From the NCBI GenBank assembly GCA_965200865.1, contig CBDAVG010000002.1, positions 1,903,337 to 1,967,336 on the forward strand: DNA of 64,000 nucleotides, in the 5' to 3' direction. Under the pieces are notes generated by a model. The model was not told where the DNA came from and made no database searches. It saw only the letters and a list, made by a program, of their open reading frames with translations. The translations under genes and the position numbers were made by a program. How positions within the stretch are numbered: the first letter of the stretch is position 1; each line of letters begins with the position of its first letter. This document shows positions 40,981 through 51,854 of this stretch, one piece after another. The DNA comes from an uncultured candidatus Porisulfidus sp. (lineage in GTDB: Bacteria; Pseudomonadota; Gammaproteobacteria; Poriferisulfidales; Oxydemutatoraceae).

Positions 40981-41982
40981 TTAAACTAACCCCTTAGGAA
41001 GATATTTGCGAGATGAGTATGTCAAATAAACTCGTGAAGCTATAGCACAAGGTGGGGTGAGAATCCGCAATTTAAGATTGTACTTTTTAGATAATTGCCA
41101 AAAATGATCTGCAGCAGGTATGCTGCCTCTAGTAATCACTCTAGAGAAGTTTTCCTTATACTTGTTTGCTGTATCCGCAGTTAATAGATAGGCCATGCCC
41201 AAGTTCGGTATCTCAGCAGGAATAGCTATGTCGTAGTTCCTATATAAAGCCTGTTGGCTGGACCCAACAGGAATAGCTCCTGCTTTGCAGGAGATATAAG
41301 GTATTATTCGCCATCCTGTCGTATTAATAGAATTCTTAAACAACTTATTAACAATTTTCAACCGCTTTGAAAGCCTTAGCCAATAACGCTCTAATTTAGG
41401 GATAGCGGCCCAACCTACAGAGCAAACTGTGGGGGTGGATGGAAATAATCTTCTAGAAAACTTTATCCTTCTCAACTTGGGGTATAGAGAGCACTCTATT
41501 TCAGGAAATTCTGCTTTGCTTTCCTGTATACTAAGATTATTTCTCAGTATAGAAGCCACGGCTCGAGATCGGCTGGCTAGCATGAGTATATCCCAAGATT
41601 TTTCTTGTGCTGCGCGTAATATCTCTGCGAAACCAGGTAATATTTCAACATCGTCTTCCAACACACAGGCAGCAGAATGATTATGCTTCATCATTAATCT
41701 ATGTGCCTTCATATGGCTAAATGTACACGCAGCCTTTCTTATGTCCTCATTAATGCGTTTACTAAACTTAGCTATATATCCATCAATGCCTAACAAATCG
41801 AAAACTTTGGCTTGGTATTGCGGAGAATTCAAATCATAAATGTCTATAGCATCTACAAATTGGTAATCCAAGTTCAGCGCATCAAGTTGTCTTTGCATAT
41901 ATAGTCTACGCTCAGGATTACGCTTGAGGCTTATTACATAAATAGGATAAGAATTAGTACTCATGCCTATGACATTATCCAA
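40981..41982 (-). CDS. Glycosyltransferase family 25, paralog B2
   Basis: IYVISLKRNPERR, FVDAID, FSHMKAH, VLEDD, GMAYLL. Confidence 0.88.
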   Translation of the reverse strand: MDNVIGMSTNSYPIYVISLKRNPERRLYMQRQLDALNLDYQFVDAIDIYDLNSPQYQAKVFDLLGIDGYIAKFSKRINEDIRKAACTFSHMKAHRLMMKHNHSAACVLEDDVEILPGFAEILRAAQEKSWDILMLASRSRAVASILRNNLSIQESKAEFPEIECSLYPKLRRIKFSRRLFPSTPTVCSVGWAAIPKLERYWLRLSKRLKIVNKLFKNSINTTGWRIIPYISCKAGAIPVGSSQQALYRNYDIAIPAEIPNLGMAYLLTADTANKYKENFSRVITRGSIPAADHFWQLSKKYNLKLRILTPPCAIASRVYLTYSSRKYLPKGLV

Positions 41983-42073
41983 CCCAAAAATTTATAGACT
42001 GCAACATCTCTCTTTGGGAGATGTGGTAAGTAAAGCATAATGCGGTAGTTTTGTTTTTTTAGAAGCTTCAAGT

Positions 42074-43075
42074 TTAGCCTTTTAGCATATAGTTGCGAGA
42101 TGAGTATTTCAGATAAACTAGCGAAGCTATGGCACAAGGGGGGGTGAGAATCCGTAATTTAATATCGTACAATCTCCTAAAATTATCTGCAGCGACTATT
42201 TCACCGTTAGTAATCATTCTAGAAAAGTTGTCCTTATACTTGTTTGATGTATCTGCAGTCAATAGGTAAGCCATACCCGATGTCGGTTTTTCGGCAGGAA
42301 TAGCTATATTGTAGTTCTTGTATAAAGCTTGTTGGCTGGATCCAACAGGAAGACCTCCTACTTTGCAGGCAATATAAGCTGGTGTTGGCAATCCCTTTGT
42401 ATTGATAGAATACCTAAACAATTTATTGAAAATTGACTGGCTTGAAAGCTTCAACCAATACCATTGTAATTTAGGGATAACGGTCCAACCTACAGAACAA
42501 ACTGTGGGAGTGGATAGCAATAATCTTCTAAAAAACTTTATTTTTCTTAACCCAGGGTATAGAGAGCAGTCTATTTCAGGAAATTGTGTTTTGCTTTTCT
42601 GTATACTAAGATGCTCTCGCAGTATAGTAAGCACGGCTATAGATCGGTTAGACAACATGAGTATATCCCAAGATTTTTTTTGTGCTGCGCGTAGTATCTG
42701 TGCGAAATTAGGCGATATTTGAGCATCGTCTTCCAACACACAAGCAGCAGAATGATTATTTCTCATCATTAATTTATGTGCCTTCATATGGCTAAATGTG
42801 CACGCAGCTACAGTTATTTCCTTATTAATGTATTCACTAAACTCAGTAATATATCCATCAATGCCTAACAAATCGAAAACTTCGGCTTGGTATTCCGGAG
42901 ACTTCAAATCATAAATGTCTATAGCATCTACGAATTGGTAATCCAAGTTCAACGCATCAAGTTGTCTTTGCATATGTAGTCTACGCTCGGGAGTACGCTT
43001 GAGGCTTATTACATAGATAGGATAAGAATTAGTATTCATGTTTAGAGTTGATTTAAGCAATAATGGTGAAACCAC
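42074..43075 (-). CDS. Glycosyltransferase family 25, paralog B3 (start may be 43039)
   Basis: Tandem paralog of B2 with the same motifs. Confidence 0.88.
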   Translation of the reverse strand: MVSPLLLKSTLNMNTNSYPIYVISLKRTPERRLHMQRQLDALNLDYQFVDAIDIYDLKSPEYQAEVFDLLGIDGYITEFSEYINKEITVAACTFSHMKAHKLMMRNNHSAACVLEDDAQISPNFAQILRAAQKKSWDILMLSNRSIAVLTILREHLSIQKSKTQFPEIDCSLYPGLRKIKFFRRLLLSTPTVCSVGWTVIPKLQWYWLKLSSQSIFNKLFRYSINTKGLPTPAYIACKVGGLPVGSSQQALYKNYNIAIPAEKPTSGMAYLLTADTSNKYKDNFSRMITNGEIVAADNFRRLYDIKLRILTPPCAIASLVYLKYSSRNYMLKG

Positions 43076-43103
43076 ATTGTAACATGTGCCTTGCGTGCAT
43101 CTT

Positions 43104-44474
43104 TTAGTTAAATAAAACCTTCGGTAGCCATGTTGCCAATTCCGGCCACAGTGCCAATATCAACAAGGCAAATAGTTGCAGCCCGACAAACGGAATAACC
43201 CCCTTATAGATCTGTTTGGTATGTATCTTTTGGCTGACAACACCGCGCAAATAGAACAGCGAAAAACCGAAAGGTGGGGTCATAAAAGAAGTCTGCAAAT
43301 TGACCGCAATCATAATCGCAAGCCAGATAGGATCTGCACCCATAATAATCAAGGTGGGTGCCACCACTGGAACGACGACAAACATAATCTCTATGAAATC
43401 TAGCACAAAACCTAGTATGAATATTGCCAACATAACGACTATCATCGTCACCCATAAATCGCCTGGGAGTGCAACCAACATCTCGTGAATAAGGCTATCC
43501 CCCTCCAATCCCCTGAATACCAAAGAAAATATCGTCGCACCTATTAAGATCATAAAAACCATGCAGCTGATTTTGACAGTCTCTTTAGTGACTTCTCTTA
43601 GCTTCGGTATAGAGAACTCACGCCGCAACATGGCAAGCAGCATGGCACCAATTGCACCGACTGATGCTGCCTCAGTCGGCGACGCTGCACCGCTCAATAT
43701 AGATCCCAAGACGACCAAAATGAGAACCAATGGCAATAGCAAGGTATAGAGTTGCAACTTAGACCGGCGTTGCGGTCGTTGTTCGGCAGTATCGGCAATA
43801 GGGGTCGGCATCCATTGCGGCTTAAAGATGCCTGCTGCATAAATATATATCACATAAAAAACCACCAGCAACAGTCCCGGTAGCAAAGCACCAGCAAATA
43901 GATCACTCACTGAAACCGAATCGGAAGCAAACAATCCTTGTTTATAGTGCGCTTGCTGATAACTTGCGGAGATAACATCTCCTAACAATATCAACATAAT
44001 GGAAGGCGGAATAATCTGCCCAAGCGTGCCCGACGCACAAACCGTGCCGCACGCCAAGCCGGGATGATATCGGCGTTTGAGCATGGCAGGCACTGATAAC
44101 AACCCCATTGTCGTCACGGTTGCGCCGACAATTCCGGTGCTCGCTGCCAACAACGCACCGACCAAGATAATGGAAATACCTAATCCGCTACGCAAGCGAT
44201 GCATCATATCAGCACTGGCGAGCAGTAGTTCTTCGGCAAGTCTGGTTTTTTGCAAGGTCACACCCATAAAAACAAACATCGGAATGGCAATCAGAGTGCT
44301 GTTTGTCAGAATACTAAATAGCCTATTCGGCAATGCGTGCAAGATGTTGACATCAAAAATACCCAAAGCGGTACAGATTCCAGCAAACAACAATGACACG
44401 CCGGCAAGCGTGAACGCAACCGGATAGCCGGCGAGTATCACCAGAATAACAAGAAAAAATAGTACTAATGCCAT
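43104..44474 (-). CDS. dctM: TRAP transporter large permease
   Basis: AIPMFVFMG, GTLGQIIPPS, QTSFMTPPFG. Confidence 0.94.
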   Translation of the reverse strand: MALVLFFLVILVILAGYPVAFTLAGVSLLFAGICTALGIFDVNILHALPNRLFSILTNSTLIAIPMFVFMGVTLQKTRLAEELLLASADMMHRLRSGLGISIILVGALLAASTGIVGATVTTMGLLSVPAMLKRRYHPGLACGTVCASGTLGQIIPPSIMLILLGDVISASYQQAHYKQGLFASDSVSVSDLFAGALLPGLLLVVFYVIYIYAAGIFKPQWMPTPIADTAEQRPQRRSKLQLYTLLLPLVLILVVLGSILSGAASPTEAASVGAIGAMLLAMLRREFSIPKLREVTKETVKISCMVFMILIGATIFSLVFRGLEGDSLIHEMLVALPGDLWVTMIVVMLAIFILGFVLDFIEIMFVVVPVVAPTLIIMGADPIWLAIMIAVNLQTSFMTPPFGFSLFYLRGVVSQKIHTKQIYKGVIPFVGLQLFALLILALWPELATWLPKVLFN

Positions 44475-44490
44475 ATTTTTTGATTGATGA

Positions 44491-44994
44491 CTAAGTGGTG
44501 TGCCGCAACATCATATATGCCTGACGAACAACCCAAATCATCCCCTGCCAGAAAAGTAGCCCTGCCATTACTGGGATTAAAGTTTTCAGCACAAAAATTA
44601 GCGGCAATCCGGCGGCTTCTTGCGACCGTTCTAGCAAATGCCAAGAGGTTGCAACATAATCGCTACTATAGAAAATGATTGCCGCACAAGTCGGCAATAG
44701 AAATAAAACATCACCGATTAGGTTGACCTTTGCTTTGGTCTTCGCTCGCATCCTACTGTAAAAGACATCAACACGCACATGCCCGTCAAGACGCATCGTA
44801 TAACCCATACACAAACATAATATAAAGACATGCAGATAAACGACACCCTCCTGCATATCCACACGACCGTAATTAAAGCCGTAGCGCAATACAACGATTA
44901 CGAAGGCTAGGCATATCATCAGTGGCAATAGCCAAATCGCAACTTGCCCGACCCGCTTATTAACCTGATCGAGATGGGTTAATAGTTTAGGCAT
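44491..44994 (-). CDS. dctQ: TRAP transporter small permease
   Basis: VVLRY, GHVRVDVFY; four TM segments. Confidence 0.92.
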   Translation of the reverse strand: MPKLLTHLDQVNKRVGQVAIWLLPLMICLAFVIVVLRYGFNYGRVDMQEGVVYLHVFILCLCMGYTMRLDGHVRVDVFYSRMRAKTKAKVNLIGDVLFLLPTCAAIIFYSSDYVATSWHLLERSQEAAGLPLIFVLKTLIPVMAGLLFWQGMIWVVRQAYMMLRHTT

Positions 44995-45007
44995 TGCGTG
45001 GATTGTT

Positions 45008-45135
45008 CAGTCTGTTGAAAAGGTACCCGCATTAGTACATTCCCCTCCTTTGGAGGGGTGGCAGGCGAAGCCTGACGGGGTGGTTGTGGTGGTTCGGCAC
45101 TAGACAATTACCTCCTACGGTGCATGAAATACACC
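45008..45135. mobile_element. Short MITE remnant
   Basis: CTGTTGAAAAGGTA followed by the GGAGGGGTGGCAGGCGAAGCCTGACGGGGTGG module. Confidence 0.72.
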
Positions 45136-45166
45136 TTCATCTGCCCCCGCTCAGTGTATGGATAAC

Positions 45167-46105
45167 TTAGCAAAGCTCGTAGTCCTCTTCCCGGCAAAGT
45201 AACAGTATGTTCTTGAAAACATCCGGATCTTTGATGTGGGTTATAGCACCGTCTTTGGGAAAAAGTTTATCGCGTAGCCGCGACAACCAAAAGCGCAGTG
45301 CTGCCCGACGCAAGATATTCCGCCATTCGTCTCTCTCAGTCGGTTCAAAAGGACGTCTTAGATGGTATGCGTTAATCAATGCCTCGTAGTGCGGGTGCGA
45401 CAGATGCTGATCTGCCGAACGGCACCAATCGTTAACCGCAACCGCAACATCATACAAAAGTTTGGCATGGCAGGCATAATAAAAATCTATCACACCGCTT
45501 AATCGCTCGCCTTCAAACAATGCATTGTCTTTGAATAGATCGGCATGGATGGTGCCTGCCGGCAAGGCATCCGATAACTGCTTGCTTTGATGTTTGATCT
45601 CATCGTTTAGCAACGCACTATCATCCTTACTCAACTTTGATTGTATGTTATCCGATTGCATCTTAAACCAGCCAATATCCCTAATATTCTCGCTATGACC
45701 GTCAAAAGCATGCATTACCAAATGCATCCTTGCCAAAATATCGCCAACCTGTTGGCATTGTGCAACACTGGGTGCTTTGATAGTACGCCCCGGCAAGCGC
45801 GTAATCAGTGCAGCAGGTTTGTCCTTTAACTCGTGCAAAGTGCGACCTTGCCGGTCAGCAATAGGGTGCGGACACGGTAAACCAGCATCTGCAACATGAC
45901 ACATCAAGTTAATAAAATAAGGCAACTGATCCGCTTCCAACCACTCAAACAATGTCAGCACATAATCGCCTCGATCAGTGTCCACAAAGTAGTTGGTGTT
46001 TTCTATACCCTCATCTATGCCTCGGTATGAAAGCAGAGAACCTATATCAAACCCTTGTATGAATCGCCCTAACTCCTCTTCAGAAATAACCGTATAAACC
46101 GACAT
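45167..46105 (-). CDS. thrB: Homoserine kinase, type II (APH family)
   Basis: MSVYT, GIENTNYF, IHADLFKDN, IDFYYAC, ALRFWLSRL, KDP. Confidence 0.93.
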   Translation of the reverse strand: MSVYTVISEEELGRFIQGFDIGSLLSYRGIDEGIENTNYFVDTDRGDYVLTLFEWLEADQLPYFINLMCHVADAGLPCPHPIADRQGRTLHELKDKPAALITRLPGRTIKAPSVAQCQQVGDILARMHLVMHAFDGHSENIRDIGWFKMQSDNIQSKLSKDDSALLNDEIKHQSKQLSDALPAGTIHADLFKDNALFEGERLSGVIDFYYACHAKLLYDVAVAVNDWCRSADQHLSHPHYEALINAYHLRRPFEPTERDEWRNILRRAALRFWLSRLRDKLFPKDGAITHIKDPDVFKNILLLCREEDYELC

Positions 46106-46170
46106 GCCGTATAGAAATCCAATATCAAAAAAGGATAATTATAAAGGATTATTATTGCTATACATATAAC

Positions 46171-46670
46171 GGGGCTGTTGAAAAAGTACTGCCATTGCAC
46201 AAACTCAACCGCCACGCGCCACTAAATTAACGATAACCACCTGCAGGGGAGGGCTAACATGGGACTGTTGAAAAAGTGTCTGCATTAGTACATTCCTCTC
46301 CTGTGGAGGGGTGGCAGGCGAAGCCTGACGGGGTGGTTGTTAAGGTTCTGAACAATTTTACGCCGATTGATTTTGATATATGTGATGTTTTTAACGAACA
46401 CAGCATTTAGATTTTGTACAAAGTTACGCCACTTGACCTACTGGCTCAAGTGGCGGGTTCACTCGGCGATAATCGGCGGTTCTACTTGTGCAGACGCAAC
46501 GCGTTTCGGGAGGGCATGTTAGCCTGTTGAAAAAGTGTCTGCATTGGTACATTCCCCTCCTGTGGAGGGGTGGCAGGCGAAGCCTGACGGGGTGGTTGTT
46601 AAGGTTCTGAACAATGTTACGCCGATTGACCTACTGGCTCAATCGGCGGTTCTATTTTTCAACAGTTCCG
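46171..46670. mobile_element. Multiply nested MITE composite
   Basis: Three left ends (about 46171, 46261, 46523) and one right end (about 46669); duplicated module at 46264-46370 and 46524-46630. Confidence 0.8.
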
Positions 46671-46833
46671 CATTACTACTTTGGGCTTACACTGACAGTC
46701 TTGTAAATTGAAAATTAAAGGTGGTTTTGTTAAAATGCCAAATTATGACAACAAAAACATCGTCGTATAAAAGCTGTGTCATGCTTACCATATCAAGTTC
46801 CACTAAAAGAAAAGAGGTTCTTCTAAATTTGAA

Positions 46834-47565
46834 ATGAAAGATAATAAGAAAGCGATTGCAGACCTGGACAAAGCGATCAAACTAGACCCGAAGAATGTTG
46901 CTGCTTACGGTAGTAGAGGCGTTGCTAAAGTTGAAACAGGAGACTATGAGGGAGCAATTACAGACTTTAGCAAAGCGATTGAGCTAGACCCGAAGAATGC
47001 TTATGCTTACGCTAGTAGAGGCTTTGCTAAAAGTGCAATAGGAGACTACAAAGAGGCGATTGCAGACTTGGACATAGCGATTGGACTAAACTCCAAAAGT
47101 TCTGTTGCTTACAGTACTAGAGGCTTTGCTAACAGCCGAATAGGAGATTATACGCAAGCGATTGCAGACTACGACATGGCAATTGAACTAGACCCGAATC
47201 ATGCTGATGATTACTCGTATAGAGGCATGGCTAAAAACGAAATAAAAGACTTTGTGGGGGCGATTGCAGACTACGACATGGCAATTGAACTAGACCCGGA
47301 TCATGCCGATGATTACTTGTCTAGAGGCATTGCTAAAGTTGAAATAGAAGACTACGAGGAAGCGATTGTAGACTTGGACAAAGCGATTGAACTAGACTCT
47401 GGAAATGCTGGATCCTACTGTGGTAGAGGTTTTGCTAAAAGCCAAATAGGAGACTATAGAGGGGCACTTGCAGACTTCAACAAAACGATTGAACTAGACC
47501 CTAAAAATGCAGATCGCTATAAACAATTAATAAAGGCTGTTAAGGAACAACCTGATAATCTTTGA
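46834..47565 (+). CDS. Tetratricopeptide repeat protein
   Basis: 34-aa repeats AY.SRG.AK..IGDY.GAIAD.DKAIELDP. Confidence 0.93.
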   Translation: MKDNKKAIADLDKAIKLDPKNVAAYGSRGVAKVETGDYEGAITDFSKAIELDPKNAYAYASRGFAKSAIGDYKEAIADLDIAIGLNSKSSVAYSTRGFANSRIGDYTQAIADYDMAIELDPNHADDYSYRGMAKNEIKDFVGAIADYDMAIELDPDHADDYLSRGIAKVEIEDYEEAIVDLDKAIELDSGNAGSYCGRGFAKSQIGDYRGALADFNKTIELDPKNADRYKQLIKAVKEQPDNL

Positions 47566-47599
47566 TTCAAACTCACACAATTTAGATTATAGCTGCGAA

Positions 47600-47821
47600 A
47601 TGAAAGATAATAAGAGAGCGATTGCAGACTTGGACAGAACGATTGAACTAAACCCGAATCATGCTGTTGCTTACAGTAGTAGAGGCATTGCTAAAAGCGC
47701 AATAAAAGATTACAAAGGGGCGATTGCAGACTTGGACAAAGTGATTGAGCTAAACCCTGAAAATGCAGATCAATATAGACAATTAATGAAGACTGTTAAG
47801 GAAAAACTTTATAGTCTTTAA
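47600..47821 (+). CDS. Short TPR protein (internally deleted paralog, possibly non-functional)
   Basis: Same N- and C-termini as 46834-47565 but only about 1.5 repeats. Confidence 0.7.
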   Translation: MKDNKRAIADLDRTIELNPNHAVAYSSRGIAKSAIKDYKGAIADLDKVIELNPENADQYRQLMKTVKEKLYSL

Positions 47822-47849
47822 TTGAAACTTACACAATTTAGATGATAGT

Positions 47850-48073
47850 CTCACTTAACCGCTTGCGCTATATAATTATGTTAACCAACTATAGGGGAGG
47901 GCTATCATGCTCTCCCTAAAGTACCGTTCTTCATCAGGAAAACCGCTTGCGCCACTTGGTTTTAGTTCCCGTAAATTGGATGGCGTACGACTTTATTTGT
48001 GCAGACGTATTGCGTTTCGGGAGGACATGATAGCCCTCTCCTACAATTCTATAAAATACTTTTTCAACAGCCG
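47850..48073. mobile_element. Partial MITE
   Basis: TAGGGGAGGGCTATCATGCTCTCCCTA hairpins; TACTTTTTCAACAGCC end. Confidence 0.72.
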
Positions 48074-48134
48074 TACGGTGCGATGACTATCATATCAAGT
48101 TCTACTAAAGAAAAGAGAGCCTTCTAAATTTGAA

Positions 48135-48866
48135 ATGAAAGATGATACGAAAGAGATTACAGACTCCAATAAAGCAATTGAGCTAGAACCGAAGAATGCT
48201 GATGCTTACGGTAGTAGAGGCATTGATAAAGTTAAAAGAGGGGACTTTAAGGGGGCAATTACAGACTTTAGCAAAGCAATTGAGCTAGAGCCGAAGAATG
48301 CTGATGCTTACAGTAGTAGGGGCTTTGCTAAAAATGCAATGAAGGACTACAAAGAGGCGATTGCAGACTTAGACAAAGCGATTGAACTAAACCCGAATCA
48401 TGCTGCTGCTTACAGTAGTAGGGGCTTTGCTAAAGGTGGAATAAAAGATTACAAAGGGGCGATTGCAGACTTCAACATAGCAATTGAACTAGACCCGAAC
48501 CATGCTGAGGATTACTCGTTTAGAGGCATTGCTAAAAACAAAATAAAAGACTTTAAGGAGGCGATTGCAGACTTCAATATAGCAATTGAATTAGACCCGG
48601 ATCATGTCGATAATTACTCGTTTAGAGGCATTGCTAAAAAAGAAATAAAAGACTTTAAGGGGGCAATTGCAGACTTAGATAAAGCGATTAAACTAAACCC
48701 TAAAAATGCTGGAGCCTACTGTGGTAGAGGTTTTTCTAAAAGCCAAATAGGAGACTATAGAGGGGCACTTGCAGACTTCAAAAAAGTGATTAAACTAGAT
48801 CCTAAAAATGCAAATCAGTATAAAAAATTAATAAAGGCTACTAAGAAAAAACTTGATAATTTTTAA
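48135..48866 (+). CDS. Tetratricopeptide repeat protein
   Basis: Same length (243 aa) and layout as 46834-47565. Confidence 0.93.
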   Translation: MKDDTKEITDSNKAIELEPKNADAYGSRGIDKVKRGDFKGAITDFSKAIELEPKNADAYSSRGFAKNAMKDYKEAIADLDKAIELNPNHAAAYSSRGFAKGGIKDYKGAIADFNIAIELDPNHAEDYSFRGIAKNKIKDFKEAIADFNIAIELDPDHVDNYSFRGIAKKEIKDFKGAIADLDKAIKLNPKNAGAYCGRGFSKSQIGDYRGALADFKKVIKLDPKNANQYKKLIKATKKKLDNF

Positions 48867-48967
48867 TTCAAACTTACACAATTTAGATGATAGCTTTGTG
48901 AAATTTGGTTGAGCGTGGCAACCTCGCCTGTTTCCCTAAAGTTTTAGTTTAGATATCATTTCCCCTA

Positions 48968-49033
48968 AAAAGCAAAAGCCACCGCCGAAGCAGTGGCCTT
49001 GCACCCGCCAAACCGAAGTCGGACGGGAGGATT
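48968..49033 (-). ncRNA. Putative two-hairpin small RNA, copy 1 (no ORF downstream)
   Basis: Promoter TTGATT(49067-49062)-16 nt-TATAAT(49045-49040), then CCCGTCCGAC-TTCG-GTTTGGCGGG, GCCACTGC-TTCG-GCGGTGGC and a T run. Confidence 0.65.
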
Positions 49034-49122
49034 ACATATATTATATGTGTGGTTGGTAAGAAATCAAGAATTTGGGTAGATGAAATTTAGTGCGTTGGAC
49101 AAGTATTACAAAATGAAAATAC

Positions 49123-49375
49123 GGAGCTGTTGAAAAAGTACCGTTATCGCCTAAACGTAACCGCTTGCGCCATCAAATTTATGAAAACAGTAGGGGCGGA
49201 TTTGCATATCCGCCCTAAAGTTGGGTCCTCGCATAAATCTACCCGCTTCGCGCCACCAAATCATGGTTACCGTAAATAAAATGGATAGAGTGGATTGTCC
49301 GTACAGACACAACGCGTTAGGGCGGATATATAAATCCGCCCCTACAATTCTACGGAATACTTTTTCAACAGTCCC
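49123..49375. mobile_element. MITE
   Basis: GGAGCTGTTGAAAAAGTA ... TACTTTTTCAACAGTCCC. Confidence 0.82.
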
Positions 49376-49451
49376 ATACCATCCCGTCAGGTGGTTATCA
49401 TAATTTAGTGGCGTGCGGCGGTTAGGTTTGTATCTTAGCGTTGATTTTCAA

Positions 49452-49681
49452 TTATCTCAAAAGTACTGCAAGGAGAATCGCCACCCCGACACCAATAATC
49501 CACAGGATAGTACGGTTATTCAAACGATACATCTCACCCATAAGCCTTGTTTCTAGTTCTGCCAAATCTACTTTAGTTACTACCTCTTTCGAAGCTGCAT
49601 ATTGGCTACGGCTTCCTTTGCCTCAGCATCGGATAATTCAGGGATTTTTCTTAATGCATTGTATAGGGCTATATCAGTCAT
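49452..49681 (-). pseudogene. Frameshifted copy of the DUF1640-like gene at 56573-56803
   Basis: 230 bp versus 231 bp; 1-nt deletion near 49597 (gctgcatattgg versus gctgcaataatgg). Confidence 0.75.
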
Positions 49682-49789
49682 ATCTTAATATCATTATGTT
49701 GCTTGAAAGCCGTAATATAAATGAAGTGGATACGAAATTGGTTCGCCTAGATATTTTATGTTCGCAAACATTCTCTAGCACTTTCCTTA

Positions 49790-49854
49790 AAAAGCATAAG
49801 CCACCGCCGAAGCAGTGGCCTGCACTCGCCAAACCAAAGTCGGACGATGGGATT
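49790..49854 (-). ncRNA. Putative two-hairpin small RNA, copy 2
   Basis: TTGATT(49888-49883)-16 nt-TACAAT(49866-49861); hairpin 1 has a compensatory U-A pair in place of C-G. Confidence 0.62.
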
Positions 49855-49939
49855 GCGTATATTGTATGTGTAGTTGGAGAGAAATCAAGAATTGAGGTAA
49901 ACGAAAGTTGGCGCGTCAGATAAGTACTACAAAATGAAA

Positions 49940-50075
49940 AAACCACCCCGTCAGATAGAACCGCCGATTGAACCAGTAGGTCAATCGGCGTGGCATTGTG
50001 CAGAACCTTGACATGATTGTTAAACGCATGCATTACAAAATGCATAGGCTTGCCACCCCTCTAGAGGAGGAGAAT
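49940..50075. repeat. MITE-internal module remnant downstream of atpC
   Basis: AACCACCCCGTCAGATAGAACCGCCGATTGAACCAGTAGGTCAATCGGCG, as at about 14237 and 39001. Confidence 0.7.
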
Positions 50076-50081
50076 GGCGGG

Positions 50082-50501
50082 TTAGCGGCCGCGTTGGCGC
50101 AGGCGTTGTATCATGCGAAGTTGCGCTGCGACTTCGGCAAGTTCGGTCATTGTTTTGGCAGTTTCTATATCGGTGAGTTGGGTTTGTAGCAGTTCTTCGG
50201 CACGCTGCTTGGCTTCCAATGCCCTGGCTTCGTCCAAATCCTCGCCACGCAAAGCAGTGTCGGTTAGGACTGTGACCATGTGCGGTTGCACTTCTATCAC
50301 TCCGCCAGAGACATAGAAGTGGCGGTCATCTTGACCTTCTATGCGCACCCGCACTTCGCCGGGGCGTAGGGTTGATAGAAACGGGGCATGCTGCGGATAG
50401 ATGCCGACTTCGCCCAGCTCGGCTTCGGCAAAAACCGCATTGACCTCGCCGTTGAAGATCTCCGCTTCGGCACTAACTATATAAGTACGTATCGTGTTCA
50501 T
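50082..50501 (-). CDS. atpC: F0F1 ATP synthase epsilon subunit
   Basis: IVSAEAEIF.G, GEVGIYPQHAP, VSGGVIEVQP; full length. Confidence 0.95.
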   Translation of the reverse strand: MNTIRTYIVSAEAEIFNGEVNAVFAEAELGEVGIYPQHAPFLSTLRPGEVRVRIEGQDDRHFYVSGGVIEVQPHMVTVLTDTALRGEDLDEARALEAKQRAEELLQTQLTDIETAKTMTELAEVAAQLRMIQRLRQRGR

Positions 50502-50522
50502 CTGCTACCGCGCATGATTAGC

Positions 50523-51263
<741 letters not shown>

Positions 51264-51629
51264 TCAAACGTAACCGCTTGCGCTATTAAATTTATGATAA
51301 CCACCCGTAGGGGCGGACTCGCATGTCCGCCCTCATATGGATGACCAACTTGTCAAGATGCAAATTTTTACCAAAGTCTACGCTCCCGAAGCCTATGCCT
51401 CTGGAGGCTACACGCAAAAAGTCACCAAAACTCAAGGGCTAAATTACGACACAGGTGATGCCAACCAGGAGCGAGTGATAGCAGTAGGCTACCGCTCTTA
51501 AAGCATGCATAATTTATAATGCGCCACTCCTGGTGGCGACTTCCGTGCACGTGCTTAATCTCCTGTTTTACGGCATCATCCGGTGTCAGGGTGAGGAAGA
51601 GTGGAACTTGAGTAAAGTGCTTAACTAAT

Positions 51630-51790
51630 GAGTCGTTCGTGATTATCAACCTCATATTCGTGTACTCTGTTTTCACATTACCACATGATAATTCAATCGG
51701 ATGAACTTTGCCCCTTAATCTAAAGCCAGTTGCTCTACCACGCATGGCAGTTTACTACGGGCGGAACTCTAGGACGGCATATAAGTTCGA
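51630..51790 (-). ncRNA. Predicted bridge/seek RNA of the IS1111 element (ends approximate)
   Basis: Four short matches to the target and donor junctions in canonical order; detailed in findings. Confidence 0.7.
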
Positions 51791-51854
51791 AACTTATCAT
51801 TGACTTTACTCTCACTCCCTCTTCCTCGCGAAACGCTGGGTGGCGGCTTGCTGA

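Noticed and set aside
51422-51745. 107-aa ORF inside the IS1111 3' region
   Set aside because: It has no recognisable motifs and overlaps the predicted bridge RNA, which explains the region better.
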